Shown here: piece by piece, positions 23,088-33,605 of the stretch | Layout of the letters: each line of letters starts with the position of its first letter | How positions within the stretch are numbered: the stretch's first letter is position 1 | Assembly: GCA_963707505.1 (NCBI GenBank) | Contig: CAVPQB010000004.1 | Span: 640,001 to 704,000 of the forward strand | Direction: 5' to 3' | Length of the DNA stretch: 64,000 nucleotides | Source: an uncultured Gemmatimonadales bacterium | GTDB taxonomy: Bacteria > Gemmatimonadota > Gemmatimonadetes > Gemmatimonadales > Gemmatimonadaceae | Translations under genes and position numbers: made by a program | The notes under the pieces: model-generated | Seen by the model: only the letters and a program-made list of their open reading frames with translations | Databases searched by the model: none | Told to the model about the DNA's origin: nothing

Positions 23088-23975
23088 TTATCTGGCTGGC
23101 ACGGAGAATGGCAGGGATAGTCCAACCAACACGCCACCTTCCGGACTCGGCTGGACCATCGCGCACCGCGCGACACGGGCGAGCACGCCGCGCTTGCTGT
23201 TGCGGTGCACATGGCTTTCCACCGAGATCCCGCTCCATGTGCCAATCGCGGCGGCCAGTGGCAGATCGCTCACCCAATGCACGTGTTGATAAAGGCGTGC
23301 GAATCCAATTGCTGATGCCGTGGCGTACGCGAATGGGCCTACGTAGCGCGCGAGCCCAGGACGCCACGCTGCGGCCTCGCCAGTCAGCGCCGAGGCCATC
23401 GCGAATGCAGCGGCGGTGTGACCGGAAGGGAACGACACGAATGGTCCGTTCCCTTTGTGGAACCCACGGGCCCATTCGAAATTTTCTGCTGTCTTTACTC
23501 CTGGAAGGGCGCGTCCGGCTATCCCTTTCCCCAAAGCCGTCACTCCAGCCGCAAGCAATACGGCCTCGGTGACGTGCGCACCCGCGCTATTGAGCCCCGG
23601 ACTTCCAGACAGGCGGCCCGCCGCCATGAATCCCACGCCGAGCAGGAACGGGCCCGGGCCACCAGCGAAGGCGAGCACCTGACTGGCGCTGTGCAACGGC
23701 TCGTCCTTTTGCCAGCCGGCTTCCTGGAACTCGGCCGCGACCGGCTTGTCCAGAGGCGCGACGGCAATGGTGGCAAGGAGGGATATTCCGCCGCCAAGCA
23801 GCTCGCGCTTCGTGATCCAGGGCGGCGTGGAATCAGTCGGCGCGCTGGTTGTGGGTACGGACGAATTCGAAGAAGTCGCGGGTATGCTGTCGCTGGTCGC
23901 CGACTGTGCCTGCGTGCGGGTCAGAGGGAGTACAAGCAGGCTGATCGCAATAAGGACGCGCACGGGCCATTTCAC
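23088..23975 (-). CDS. PAP2-family phosphatase
   Basis: KGIAGRALP, SFPSGH, ARLYQHVHWVSD. Confidence 0.88.
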   Translation of the reverse strand: MKWPVRVLIAISLLVLPLTRTQAQSATSDSIPATSSNSSVPTTSAPTDSTPPWITKRELLGGGISLLATIAVAPLDKPVAAEFQEAGWQKDEPLHSASQVLAFAGGPGPFLLGVGFMAAGRLSGSPGLNSAGAHVTEAVLLAAGVTALGKGIAGRALPGVKTAENFEWARGFHKGNGPFVSFPSGHTAAAFAMASALTGEAAAWRPGLARYVGPFAYATASAIGFARLYQHVHWVSDLPLAAAIGTWSGISVESHVHRNSKRGVLARVARCAMVQPSPEGGVLVGLSLPFSVPAR

Positions 23976-24123
23976 GTCGCGTCGGCGTGCTGGCGATGAT
24001 GCGCGCACAGAATTGTGCGTTTTCTGGTTTGGTCGATCAGGAACGGGCACACAGAACAACACTACGAGTCGCGTTAGGCGGGTGCAACTAAAGTTGACGC
24101 GAAATCCGCAGAGGAGCGACCAG

Positions 24124-24205
24124 TGCGAGGAGGGGGACTCGAACCCCCATGGTGTTAACCGCCAGCTCCTAAGGCTGGTGCGTCTACCAATTTCGCCATC
24201 CTCGC
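24124..24205 (-). tRNA. tRNA-Leu (anticodon TAG)
   Basis: GCGAGGATGGCGAAATTGGTAGACGCACCAGCCTTAGGAGCTGGCGG...GGTTCGAGTCCCCCTCCTCGCA; long variable arm. Confidence 0.96.
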
Positions 24206-24217
24206 GTGATGCAATAC

Positions 24218-24259
24218 GAAAAATAAGCGGCCGGGATACGATTACGTATCCCGGCCGCT
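24218..24259 (-). terminator. Intrinsic terminator after degP
   Basis: AGCGGCCGGGATACG-ATTA-CGTATCCCGGCCGCT stem followed by a T-rich run on the minus strand. Confidence 0.8.
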
Positions 24260-24279
24260 CGTCAATGGTAACGGCCGAT

Positions 24280-25839
24280 CTACTGGCCGAGGCGGATGTT
24301 CACCACGCTGTTTATCACGCCACCGCGGCCATCGGGCTGCGCGACGTTTAGGCTGATGTAGTCGCCGGCTTTCATCGAGTTCAGAACTCCCTGCAGATCC
24401 GCGACCGAGTTGATAGTCTTGCGCGGCGTCGGATACAACACCTCAGTGATCACTGTACCTGGCTGCAGCTTGCTATATGACGGGCCGAGGCTCACCACGT
24501 CTGTGACGAGCACGCCGTGATCCGGGAAACCAGCCGGGCGCTGATCCGGGGGCGGCAGCGGCGCGATCGTCGCACCGAGCTTGGTGCCCGCTACGCCCCT
24601 GGTCGAAGTCGGATTGGCGCTTGCCTGCGTCGCAGCTGTCGAGTCAGCCGGACGCGGTGCAAGCTTGACGTCTACCGCCATCTTCTTGCCGTAACGGACA
24701 TACTCCAGATGCACGGTTTCGCCTGGCGCGTGGTTGCGTATTACGCGCTGCAGCGAACTCACGCGATCCGCAGGCTGGCCGTCGGCGCTGACGATCACGT
24801 CGCCTTCCTGCAATCCTGCCTTGCGTGCTGGATTGTCTGGCGTGTCAGGATTGAATCCCTGAACGAGCACACCGTACACGTGATCCAGTTTCGCGACCGC
24901 GGCTGCATCTGCATCCACCTCGCTTATCTGGACGCCGAGGATTCCGAAGCGGACGTGGCCGTGCGCTATGAGGTCGTCCATGACCTTCTTCGCGAGTGTG
25001 ATCGGGACCGCGAATCCGTAGCCTGCGTAGTATCCCGTTTCACTCGCGATCGCGTTGTTGATTCCGATCACTTCGCCGCGCGTGTTGATGAGCGGGCCAC
25101 CCGAGTTACCGGGATTGATCGCCGCGTCTGTCTGGATGAGATCCGAAATCGCGTAACGGTCGCTGCCGAGCAGTCCCGGAAGCGAGCGATTCTTGGCACT
25201 CACGATGCCGGCGGTGACGGTGAAGTCGAGAACGCCAAGCGGGTTTCCGATCGCGACGACCCACTCGCCGACCTTGGCCTTGGTGTCGTCACCGAGCGGG
25301 ATGGTCGGGAAGTTGTTGCCGTCGATCTTGAGGACCGCAACGTCGGTGGATGGATCGTGTCCGATCACCTTCGCTGCGAAGACGCGTCCATCCATGAGCT
25401 TTACGTGAATCTGATCGGCGACCGTCGTGTGATCGGCGCCAGTGATCACGTGGTTGTTTGTAAGGATGTAGCCGTCCTTCGTCACGATGAAGCCCGAGCC
25501 GCTGGCTTCCTCGACCGACGGCCGGGCCTGCGGCTGACCGAAGTCGAAGAACTGTTCCATTCCAGGCGGAAGCATTCCGCGCGGGACCTGTTGCCGGATG
25601 CGCGTCGGCGCGCGGTTCTTGGTGTCAACCTGAATTGAGACGACGGCCGGCGTGGCGTGGTCTGCGATCGAGGAGAAGCCCGCTGCCGGTGCTCCGCCCG
25701 GGGCGATGGCGGTGGCCGTTGCGCCGTCCTGGGCAAAGCCGAGTCGCGTCCATCCCTTGCCGGACGCCAGAAGGACGCCGCCAATGAATGCTGCCGCGAC
25801 CGCGGTTCCCCAGCGGACACGTGATGATATGGGAGGCAT
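24280..25839 (-). CDS. degP: DegP/HtrA serine protease with PDZ domains
   Basis: SGSGFIV, LTNNHV, QTDAAINPGNSGGPL, two PDZ domains. Confidence 0.93.
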   Translation of the reverse strand: MPPISSRVRWGTAVAAAFIGGVLLASGKGWTRLGFAQDGATATAIAPGGAPAAGFSSIADHATPAVVSIQVDTKNRAPTRIRQQVPRGMLPPGMEQFFDFGQPQARPSVEEASGSGFIVTKDGYILTNNHVITGADHTTVADQIHVKLMDGRVFAAKVIGHDPSTDVAVLKIDGNNFPTIPLGDDTKAKVGEWVVAIGNPLGVLDFTVTAGIVSAKNRSLPGLLGSDRYAISDLIQTDAAINPGNSGGPLINTRGEVIGINNAIASETGYYAGYGFAVPITLAKKVMDDLIAHGHVRFGILGVQISEVDADAAAVAKLDHVYGVLVQGFNPDTPDNPARKAGLQEGDVIVSADGQPADRVSSLQRVIRNHAPGETVHLEYVRYGKKMAVDVKLAPRPADSTAATQASANPTSTRGVAGTKLGATIAPLPPPDQRPAGFPDHGVLVTDVVSLGPSYSKLQPGTVITEVLYPTPRKTINSVADLQGVLNSMKAGDYISLNVAQPDGRGGVINSVVNIRLGQ

Positions 25840-25976
25840 GAAGGTGAAGGGTAAAGAGGAATCTGGAAGGACGGGGCTTGCCCCATCCTTCCATTTAAAA
25901 CACCGCAAACCGCGTTCGGTTCGTATCGAACATAGCGTGCCACGTTCTCGGCGCGCTCCGTGGTACTCCGCACCGC

Positions 25977-26016
25977 GACGAAAAGGGGCAGGCACGGAGG
26001 CCTGCCCCTTTTCGTC
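25977..26016. terminator. Bidirectional terminator after dnaK, related to the family-2 REP
   Basis: GACGAAAAGGGGCAGGC-ACGGAG-GCCTGCCCCTTTTCGTC. Confidence 0.8.
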
Positions 26017-26026
26017 CACGTAACGG

Positions 26027-27949
26027 TTACTTCTTGTCTTCGTCGACGATCTCGTAGTCGGCTTCGACCACGTTATCGTCGGCCGGCTTCTCGGCCTCTG
26101 GGGCCGCTGCCGGCTCGCCCGGCTGCGCGGTCTGGTTCTGGGCCTGGTAGAAGGCCTGCCCAGCCTCGCTGTACAGCTTGCTCAGCTCCTCCGCGGCGGC
26201 ATTTATGGCCGCTACGTCGTCGCCCCGCAGAGCGGTACGTGCCTTCTCGACACCCTCTTCAAGACGCTTCCGCATGTCGTCGCCGAGCTTGTCGCCCCAC
26301 TCCTTGGAGTTCTTCTCGACTTCGTAGGCGAGCGAGTCCAGACGGTTGCGAGCGTCGATCTGCTCGCGGCGCGTCTTGTCTTCGGTCGCGTTCTTCTCCG
26401 CGTCCTTGACCATGCGATCGATCTCGGCGTCGCTCAATCCGCTGGATGCTTCGATGCGGATCTTCTGCTCCTTGTTCGTCGCCTTGTCCTTCGCGGTGAC
26501 GTTCAGGATTCCGTTCGCGTCGATGTCGAACGTGACCTCGACCTGAGGCACGCCGCGCGGTGCGGGCGGAATTCCGGTGAGCTGGAATTTGCCGATCGTC
26601 TTGTTGTACGTGGCGAGCTCGCGCTCACCCTGCAACACGTGAATCTCTACTGTCGACTGATTGTCGTCAGCAGTCGAGAACGTTTCCGACTTCTTGGTCG
26701 GAATGGTTGTATTGCGCGGGATGAGAACCGTCATCACGCCACCGAGCGTCTCGATTCCAAGCGACAGCGGTGTCACGTCGAGCAGCAACACATCCTTCTG
26801 CTCGCCGGTGAGAACCGCGCCCTGAACCGCTGCGCCGATCGCGACTACCTCGTCAGGATTCACGCCCTTGTTGGGCTCCTTGCCGAAGAACTTCTTGACC
26901 TCGTCCTGAATCTTCGGAATACGCGTCGAGCCACCGACGAGGAGAACCTCGTCGATCTCGTTCGGCTGGATGCCGGCGTCCTTCAAGGCCTGCTGCATCG
27001 GCGGAATTACGCGCTTGATGAGATCGTCGACGAGCTGCTCGAACTTGGCGCGCGTCAACGAATAGTTGAGGTGCTTGGGTCCGGTCTGGTCTGCCGTGAT
27101 GAACGGAAGATTGATGTCGGTCGACTGTGTCGTCGACAGCTCCATCTTGGCCTTCTCGGCTGCTTCCTTCAGACGCTGCAGCGCCATCGGATCCTTGGAG
27201 AGATCGATGCCCTGATCGCGCTTGAATTCGGTGACGAGCCAGTCGATCACGCGTTGATCGAAGTCGTCGCCGCCGAGGTGGGTGTCACCATTGGTGGACT
27301 TGACCTCGAACTGGCGCGAGCCTTCGACGTCGTAGAGCTCGAGCACGGAGATGTCGTACGTACCACCGCCCAGGTCGAATACCGCGACCTTCTCATCCTT
27401 CTTCTTATCGAGACCGTAGGCGAGCGCTGCCGCGGTGGGCTCGTTGATGATGCGGAGCACGTCGAGGCCGGCGATCTTGCCTGCATCCTTGGTGGCCTGG
27501 CGCTGCGAATCGTTGAAGTAGGCGGGAACGGTAATGACGGCCTTGGTGACCTTGGTTCCGAGGTAGTCCTCAGCGGTCTGCTTCATCTTCTGAAGAATCA
27601 TCGCGGAGATCTCGGGCGGGGAGAACTTCTTGCCCTGCACCTCGACGACAACCATTTCGTTCGCGCCTGCTTCGACCTTGTAGGGAACGCGGGTCTTTTC
27701 CTCGCTGATTTCGTTCAGCTTGCGACCCATGAACCGCTTGATCGAGAAGACTGTATTAGCTGGGTTGGTGACTGCCTGACGCTTGGCGATCTGGCCTACG
27801 AGGCGCTCGCCATCTTTCGCGAATGCAACGACCGACGGCGTTGTCCGTCCGCCTTCCGCATTCGGGATGACGACCGGATCTCCGCCTTCCATCACGGAAA
27901 CGACGGAGTTGGTGGTGCCGAGGTCGATGCCGATGACTTTTTCTGCCAT
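26027..27949 (-). CDS. dnaK: Molecular chaperone DnaK
   Basis: [35 protein letters not shown] tail. Confidence 0.99.
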   Translation of the reverse strand: MAEKVIGIDLGTTNSVVSVMEGGDPVVIPNAEGGRTTPSVVAFAKDGERLVGQIAKRQAVTNPANTVFSIKRFMGRKLNEISEEKTRVPYKVEAGANEMVVVEVQGKKFSPPEISAMILQKMKQTAEDYLGTKVTKAVITVPAYFNDSQRQATKDAGKIAGLDVLRIINEPTAAALAYGLDKKKDEKVAVFDLGGGTYDISVLELYDVEGSRQFEVKSTNGDTHLGGDDFDQRVIDWLVTEFKRDQGIDLSKDPMALQRLKEAAEKAKMELSTTQSTDINLPFITADQTGPKHLNYSLTRAKFEQLVDDLIKRVIPPMQQALKDAGIQPNEIDEVLLVGGSTRIPKIQDEVKKFFGKEPNKGVNPDEVVAIGAAVQGAVLTGEQKDVLLLDVTPLSLGIETLGGVMTVLIPRNTTIPTKKSETFSTADDNQSTVEIHVLQGERELATYNKTIGKFQLTGIPPAPRGVPQVEVTFDIDANGILNVTAKDKATNKEQKIRIEASSGLSDAEIDRMVKDAEKNATEDKTRREQIDARNRLDSLAYEVEKNSKEWGDKLGDDMRKRLEEGVEKARTALRGDDVAAINAAAEELSKLYSEAGQAFYQAQNQTAQPGEPAAAPEAEKPADDNVVEADYEIVDEDKK

Positions 27950-28061
27950 GACTGTATTATCTGGTTCGGGTGAAAACGACGCCGGAGAGCAGTACTACGA
28001 GCCCCGAGCAACTGGGCGCCGTCGCTGACTTCCGCACGGTGCTATCTGCGATCACTTCTAG

Positions 28062-28077
28062 AGCAACGCAAATGCCG
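28062..28077 (-). promoter_or_regulatory. Putative sigma54 promoter of dnaK
   Basis: Minus strand CGGCAT-TTGCG-TTGCT, GG-N10-GC spacing. Confidence 0.5.
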
Positions 28078-28115
28078 AACTTTCCTGCCAGAATGGCGCA
28101 GTCGCGGGCAAACGC

Positions 28116-28853
28116 ATGATTCCAGTCGGAACCAGCCTGCCGACTCGGCGCATCGCGTGGATGAACTACCTCATCATCCTGGTCACGATAGCGGTCTGGA
28201 TTCAGATCGAAGGGGCCGGCGTGGATCCGATGAGGCTCGCCGCGACGATCTGCAACTACGGAATGGTTCCGGGCGAGATAACGCACGTCGCGCCGATCGG
28301 CCTGGCGGTTCCGCTCGGGCGCGGGCTGGCGTGCGTCGTGGACAACGATCCGATCAACATCCTGACGCCGCTATTCTCGATCTTCCTGCACGGGAGCTGG
28401 GCCCATCTGCTTGGCAACATGCTCTTTTTGTGGGTGTTCGGCCGCGGGATCGAGGACACGATGGGGCCTGGCCGATACCTGGCTTTCTACCTCATCTGCG
28501 GAATCGTCGCGTGTCTGGCGCAGATCGCTTCGAGCCCGGGCTCGCCGGTCCCGACGGTGGGCGCATCCGGCGCGATTTCCGGGGTGATGGGCGCCTTCCT
28601 GCTGCTCTATCCAAATGTTCGCGTGAAGATGTTCTTCTTCATCATTCTGGCGGATGTGCGAGCGTGGATCGTACTGATCTACTGGTTTCTGTTGCAGTTG
28701 TTCGAAGGGATCGCAACGTCGGGTCAGATGGGCTCGGAGTTCTCGAGCGGGGTGGCCGTATGGGCCCACGTTGGTGGATTTGTGACCGGTCTGCTGCTGA
28801 TCAAGTTCTTCACTTCACGCGGGGCGGTGGCTGCGCCGTTACGGAGAGGCTAA
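28116..28853 (+). CDS. Rhomboid intramembrane serine protease
   Basis: FLHGSWAHLLGNM, GASGAISG, AHVGG. Confidence 0.93.
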   Translation: MIPVGTSLPTRRIAWMNYLIILVTIAVWIQIEGAGVDPMRLAATICNYGMVPGEITHVAPIGLAVPLGRGLACVVDNDPINILTPLFSIFLHGSWAHLLGNMLFLWVFGRGIEDTMGPGRYLAFYLICGIVACLAQIASSPGSPVPTVGASGAISGVMGAFLLLYPNVRVKMFFFIILADVRAWIVLIYWFLLQLFEGIATSGQMGSEFSSGVAVWAHVGGFVTGLLLIKFFTSRGAVAAPLRRG

Positions 28854-28857
28854 CTTC

Positions 28858-28926
28858 GTACGGGCGGCGCATGCGGTACGGGCGAGGCATGCGATACGTA
28901 CGGGCGAGGCATGCCTCGCCCGTACG
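28858..28926. repeat. REP cluster (family 1): two half copies plus a perfect 30-bp palindrome
   Basis: GTACGGGCGGCGCATGCG, GTACGGGCGAGGCATGCG, then CGTACGGGCGAGGCATGCCTCGCCCGTACG. Confidence 0.85.
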
Positions 28927-28949
28927 CTTTATTTGATCTGGAGAGAAGT

Positions 28950-29561
28950 GTGCGGCTGATACCCCGCGACGAGCAGTTTTACGACCTATTCACGCAGCTC
29001 GCCGAACGTCTTTCGCTTGCAGCGCGGCTGCTGAACCAGCTTTTCCGGGAGCCGGAGCGGCGGGCGGAGCACGTTCAGGCCATCAAGTCGGCCGAGCATG
29101 AAGCGGACGAGATCACGCGCGAGATAATCGACCGGCTGGACAGGACTTTCATCACCCCGTTCGACCGCGAGGACATCCATCAGCTCGCGTCGGCGCTGGA
29201 TGAAGTGGTCGATCTGCTGGACGGAGCCGCGCGACGGGTCGAGATATTCAGGATCACGACCGTTCATCAGGCTGCCGTCACGCTATCTGACGTGATGGTG
29301 CGCGCAGCCGTGCAGGTCGAGGCCGCTGTCCGTGGGATGAAGGACCCGAAAGTCGTGGGCCTCAAGGCGCAGGAGCTCAAGAAGCTGGAGGAGGAGGGCG
29401 ACGCCATCTACCACGAATCGATGGGCGCGCTGTTCGACGGCGCCCTCGACGCGATCGAAGTGATCAAGTGGAAGGAGCTGTACGACAAGGTCGAGGATGC
29501 ACTGGACCAGGCGGAAGATGTCGCGAACGTCCTGCAGTCGATCGCACTCAAGAACGGATAA
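28950..29561 (+). CDS. DUF47 phosphate transport regulator
   Basis: EHEADEI, TFITPFDREDI, LEEEGD; precedes pit. Confidence 0.9.
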   Translation: MRLIPRDEQFYDLFTQLAERLSLAARLLNQLFREPERRAEHVQAIKSAEHEADEITREIIDRLDRTFITPFDREDIHQLASALDEVVDLLDGAARRVEIFRITTVHQAAVTLSDVMVRAAVQVEAAVRGMKDPKVVGLKAQELKKLEEEGDAIYHESMGALFDGALDAIEVIKWKELYDKVEDALDQAEDVANVLQSIALKNG

Positions 29562-29564
29562 CGT

Positions 29565-30602
29565 GTGATCGGTTATGTCGTCGCGATAATCATCGTCGCG
29601 TTCGTCTTCGACTTCAGTAACGGCTTTCACGATTCTGCAAACTCGATAGCGACAATAGTCGGTACACGAGTGCTGAGTCCGGTTGCTGCAGTGGTGTGGG
29701 CGGCGTCGTTCAATTTCCTCGCGCTATTTACTGTCGGCACGGCGGTCGCCAAGACAGTCGGGAGCGGAATGATAGACGTCGCGATCGTCAATCCGAACGT
29801 CGTGCTGGCGGCGTTGCTCGGTGCCATCGCGTGGAACATCATCACGTGGAGCTACGGGATTCCATCCAGCTCGTCGCACGCGCTGATCGGCGGGTACGCG
29901 GGCGCAGCAATTGCGAAGTCTGGCTGGGCGGCGATCGTGTGGGGCGCCAAGTGGATCGAGACGTTGTCGTTCATCGTGATCTCGCCCGTAGTCGGTCTCG
30001 TAGTCGGATTGCTGTTGATGACAGCGATCTACTGGATATTCCGGCGCGCCAATCCTGGCAAGACAGATCGGCTATTTCGCACCCTGCAGCTGGGCAGCTC
30101 CGCGCTGTTGTCGCTGGCGCACGGCGGCAACGATGCACAGAAGACGATGGGAATCATTGTCGGCCTGCTTGTCTCGGTTCGGTCGCTTACCGCACATCAG
30201 ACCGGGCTGCTGGGACACCTGTACGTGGAGAACGCGAATGGAGTCCCGTTCTGGGTCGAGGTCACGGCGTACACCGCGATCTCGCTCGGCACGCTGTTCG
30301 GCGGGTGGCGGATTGTCGCAACTATGGGTCGGCGCATCACGAAGCTGCGCCCGGTAGGCGGATTCGCAGCCGAGACTGCGGGCGCGCTCGCGATTCTCGG
30401 TGCGACGTCGCTCGGCATTCCGGTGAGTACGACGCACACAATTACAGGCTCGATCGTCGGAGTCGGGGCGACAACGAGGCTGTCGGCTGTGCGCTGGGGG
30501 TTGGCGCGGCGGATAGTCTGGGCCTGGATCGTTACAATTCCGGCTGCTGGCATCATGGCTGCAATCGCTTACTGGATACTGGCGTCGATCGTCAAACTCT
30601 AG
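29565..30602 (+). CDS. pit: Inorganic phosphate transporter (PiT family)
   Basis: NGFHDSANSIAT, PSSSSHAL, HGGNDAQKTMG, PVSTTH. Confidence 0.95.
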   Translation: MIGYVVAIIIVAFVFDFSNGFHDSANSIATIVGTRVLSPVAAVVWAASFNFLALFTVGTAVAKTVGSGMIDVAIVNPNVVLAALLGAIAWNIITWSYGIPSSSSHALIGGYAGAAIAKSGWAAIVWGAKWIETLSFIVISPVVGLVVGLLLMTAIYWIFRRANPGKTDRLFRTLQLGSSALLSLAHGGNDAQKTMGIIVGLLVSVRSLTAHQTGLLGHLYVENANGVPFWVEVTAYTAISLGTLFGGWRIVATMGRRITKLRPVGGFAAETAGALAILGATSLGIPVSTTHTITGSIVGVGATTRLSAVRWGLARRIVWAWIVTIPAAGIMAAIAYWILASIVKL

Positions 30603-32795
30603 ATGGCAATCAATCCCGAGCTGTACATCAACCGAGAGCTGAGCTGGCTCGCGTTCAACGCTCGTGTGCTCAACGAGGCGTTCGACGCGCGCAACCCCTT
30701 GCTCGAGCGGCTCAAATTTCTCTCGATCTTCAGCACGAACCTCGACGAGTTCTACATGGTTCGCGTTGCGGGCTTGCGGCGCCAGCTTCTCGCCGGCGTG
30801 ACAGCGCCGAGCGGACCCGATGGCATGGTGCCGGCAGAGCTGGTGAGCGCCATTCGCGCGCGCATTCTCGAGCTGGTGGGAATGCAACAGCACTGCCTCC
30901 ACGATATTCTGCTTCCGACGCTCGAAACGCACGGCGTGCGGCTCGTGACGATGAGCGAGCTCAGTGCCGGCGAGTGGCAGACGGTGGATGACTTCTTCGA
31001 GTCCGATATCTTCCCGGTTCTGACGCCGCTTGCTGTCGATCCGACGCATCCGTTTCCGTACATCTCGAACCTCTCGTTGTCGCTCGCGGTACAGCTGTAT
31101 GATCCTGACAACAAGGTCGAGCGCTTTGCGCGCGTCAAGATTCCGAAGAGTCTGCCGCGTTGGGTAGGCATCGGGCGCGCAAGTCATTTCGTCCCGGTGG
31201 AGCAGGTGATAAGCGCGAACCTCGGCGCGCTGTTCCCGGGCATGGAGATTCTCGGAAGCTGGGCGTTCCGCGTAACGCGCTACTCCGATCTCGAAGTGAA
31301 GGCGTCGGACGAGACCGAGGATTTGCTGACGGCGATCGAGGAGCAGGTATTTCAGCGCAGATTCACCGAAGTCGTGCGCGTCGAAGTGCAGACGGGTGTG
31401 CCGGATGAGATCCGCGCCATTCTCGTGGACGAGCTGCGCGAGGAGCAGACCCTGGAGTTCGCGCTCACGCCGGAAGACGTCGTGGATGGCGGCGCGTTAC
31501 TCGAATTGGGCGACCTGATGGCGCTCGCGACGCTGGACATTCCCGAGCTGCGTGATCCGCCGTTCGCTCCGGTGACACCGGTGCGCCTGCGCGATACCAC
31601 GCGCTCGATCTTCGACGTGATCAAGGAGCGCGACCTGCTGGTGCATCATCCGTACGAGTCGTTCACCGCCAGCGTGGAACAGTTTGTCCAGGCCGCAGCG
31701 GTCGATCCCGACGTGCTCGCGATCAAGATGACGCTGTACCGAACCTCAGGTGACACGCCGATCGTACGTGCATTGACGGATGCCGCCGAGCGGGGGAAGC
31801 AGGTAGCGGTCCTGGTCGAGCTTCAGGCACGGTTTGACGAAGCGAACAACATCACCTGGGCGCGCACGCTGGAAGATTATGGGGTGCATGTCGCTTACGG
31901 ATTGCCGGGACTCAAGACTCACGCCAAGACCACGCTCGTCGTGCGCCGTGAGCCTGACGGCATTCGTAGATACGTGCACGTCGGAACGGGCAACTACAAT
32001 TCGAAGACCGCGCGGTTGTACACTGATCTGGGACTGTTCACGGTAAGCCGATCGATCGGCGCCGACATCACGGATCTGTTCAATGCACTGACCGGATTTT
32101 CCAGACAGCGGTTGTATCGCAAGATCCTGGTCGCACCCGCGAACATGCGCGACCGGCTGTTGGAGATGATCCGCCGAGAGACGGCACTTGCGAGTGCGGG
32201 GAAAACGGGACGGATAATCGCGAAGATGAACTCGATCGTAGACGAGCAGATCATCGAGGCGCTGTACGACGCATCGCGCGCCGGCGTCGAGATCGATCTC
32301 ATCGTCCGCGGCATCTGCTGCCTGCGGCCCGGCATTCCCGGCGCCAGCGACAACATTCGCGTAATGAGCGTGATCGGGCGATTCCTGGAACATTCACGAC
32401 TGTTCTATTTCGCGAACGACAGCGAGCCGGAGTATTACATCGGGTCAGCGGACTGGATGACGCGGAACTTCGATCGCCGCGTCGAGGCGATTGTTCCGGT
32501 CGACGACGTGCTGTTGCACGAAAAGCTGCACTCTCTTCTCACGACTTCGCTGACCGACAACAGGGAGGCGTGGGATCTTGCGCCGGACGGAACGCTACGC
32601 GCAGCGAAATCCCGGAGATGCTCCGGTGCGTGCGACGCAGGAGATATTCCTGCGCGATCCGTGGGGCGGAGCCCCGCCGGACGCTCGGCTGGAAGACTCG
32701 CGTATGGCGCACGCGTCGCGCAGGAGCTGATCCTCGCTTACGCTCCTATCGGGTGCCAGACTGTCTTGAATTCTACGAAGTTCCGGATCTCGTAA
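30603..32795 (+). CDS. ppk1: Polyphosphate kinase 1; C-terminus probably frameshifted near 32590
   Basis: YINRELSWLAFN, HHPYESF, LKTHAK, GSADWMTRN. Confidence 0.96.
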   Translation: MAINPELYINRELSWLAFNARVLNEAFDARNPLLERLKFLSIFSTNLDEFYMVRVAGLRRQLLAGVTAPSGPDGMVPAELVSAIRARILELVGMQQHCLHDILLPTLETHGVRLVTMSELSAGEWQTVDDFFESDIFPVLTPLAVDPTHPFPYISNLSLSLAVQLYDPDNKVERFARVKIPKSLPRWVGIGRASHFVPVEQVISANLGALFPGMEILGSWAFRVTRYSDLEVKASDETEDLLTAIEEQVFQRRFTEVVRVEVQTGVPDEIRAILVDELREEQTLEFALTPEDVVDGGALLELGDLMALATLDIPELRDPPFAPVTPVRLRDTTRSIFDVIKERDLLVHHPYESFTASVEQFVQAAAVDPDVLAIKMTLYRTSGDTPIVRALTDAAERGKQVAVLVELQARFDEANNITWARTLEDYGVHVAYGLPGLKTHAKTTLVVRREPDGIRRYVHVGTGNYNSKTARLYTDLGLFTVSRSIGADITDLFNALTGFSRQRLYRKILVAPANMRDRLLEMIRRETALASAGKTGRIIAKMNSIVDEQIIEALYDASRAGVEIDLIVRGICCLRPGIPGASDNIRVMSVIGRFLEHSRLFYFANDSEPEYYIGSADWMTRNFDRRVEAIVPVDDVLLHEKLHSLLTTSLTDNREAWDLAPDGTLRAAKSRRCSGACDAGDIPARSVGRSPAGRSAGRLAYGARVAQELILAYAPIGCQTVLNSTKFRIS

Positions 32796-33605
32796 ACACC
32801 TTCCGTACGATCGGATGACCAGTCGATGTCGGGCTGGCGAACCTTCACACGCTTGACACTGTCTGCCGCGCCGCGGCGCAACGATGTCGCATCATCACCG
32901 GTTGCTACTGCGTCGATTCCACGGATGTGCGTGTGCGTGGCGAAGGTCGGAATCAATTCCTTTTTGTAGCCGGTGATGATGTTGACCACGCCGCCGGGTA
33001 GATCCGACGTCGCCAGCATCTCGCCGAGTGTGATCGCAGGGTAGGGCGTCGATTCGGAGGCGAGCGCCACGATGGTGTTGCCGCTCACGATAGTCGCTGC
33101 GACCTGCGTCACGAGGCCCAACAGCGGCGATGCGTCCGACGCGATGATGCCGATCACGCCGACAGGCTCGGTGATGGTGAAATTGAAGAACGGTGCGGCG
33201 ACCGGATTGGCGCTGCCGAGCACCTGCTCGTACTTGTCGGCCCAGCCGGCGTAGTGCACCAGCCGATCGATGGATTCGGAGACCTCGCGCTCGGCGGCCG
33301 TCGTCCATTCGCGGTGAGAACTGGCGTAGCACGCTCGTCATCTCGTCTGCTCTGGCTTCCAGCATCTCTGCGAGACGGTAGATGATCTGACCGCGATTGT
33401 ACGGCGTGCGGGCAGACCATCCAGGCCCCGCCTTCGCTGCTGCCTCGACGGCGTTGCGCAGATCCTTGCGAGTGCATTGCGGAACATTCGCGACGAACTG
33501 TCCGCCACTATCGTACACTGGAAATGTGCGCCCGCTCTCCGACCGGATGAACGCCCCACCAACGTACACTTTCGGCGTCTTCACTACAGGGATGCGCGCG
33601 GTCAT
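32738..33605 (-). CDS. Short aldehyde dehydrogenase-like subunit (no catalytic domain), frameshift near 33290
   Basis: [42 protein letters not shown]. Confidence 0.85.

Noticed and set aside
26639..27973. Long antisense ORFs opposite dnaK (also clpX, degP, cpdB)
   Set aside because: Typical shadow ORFs of high-GC codon usage with no independent motifs
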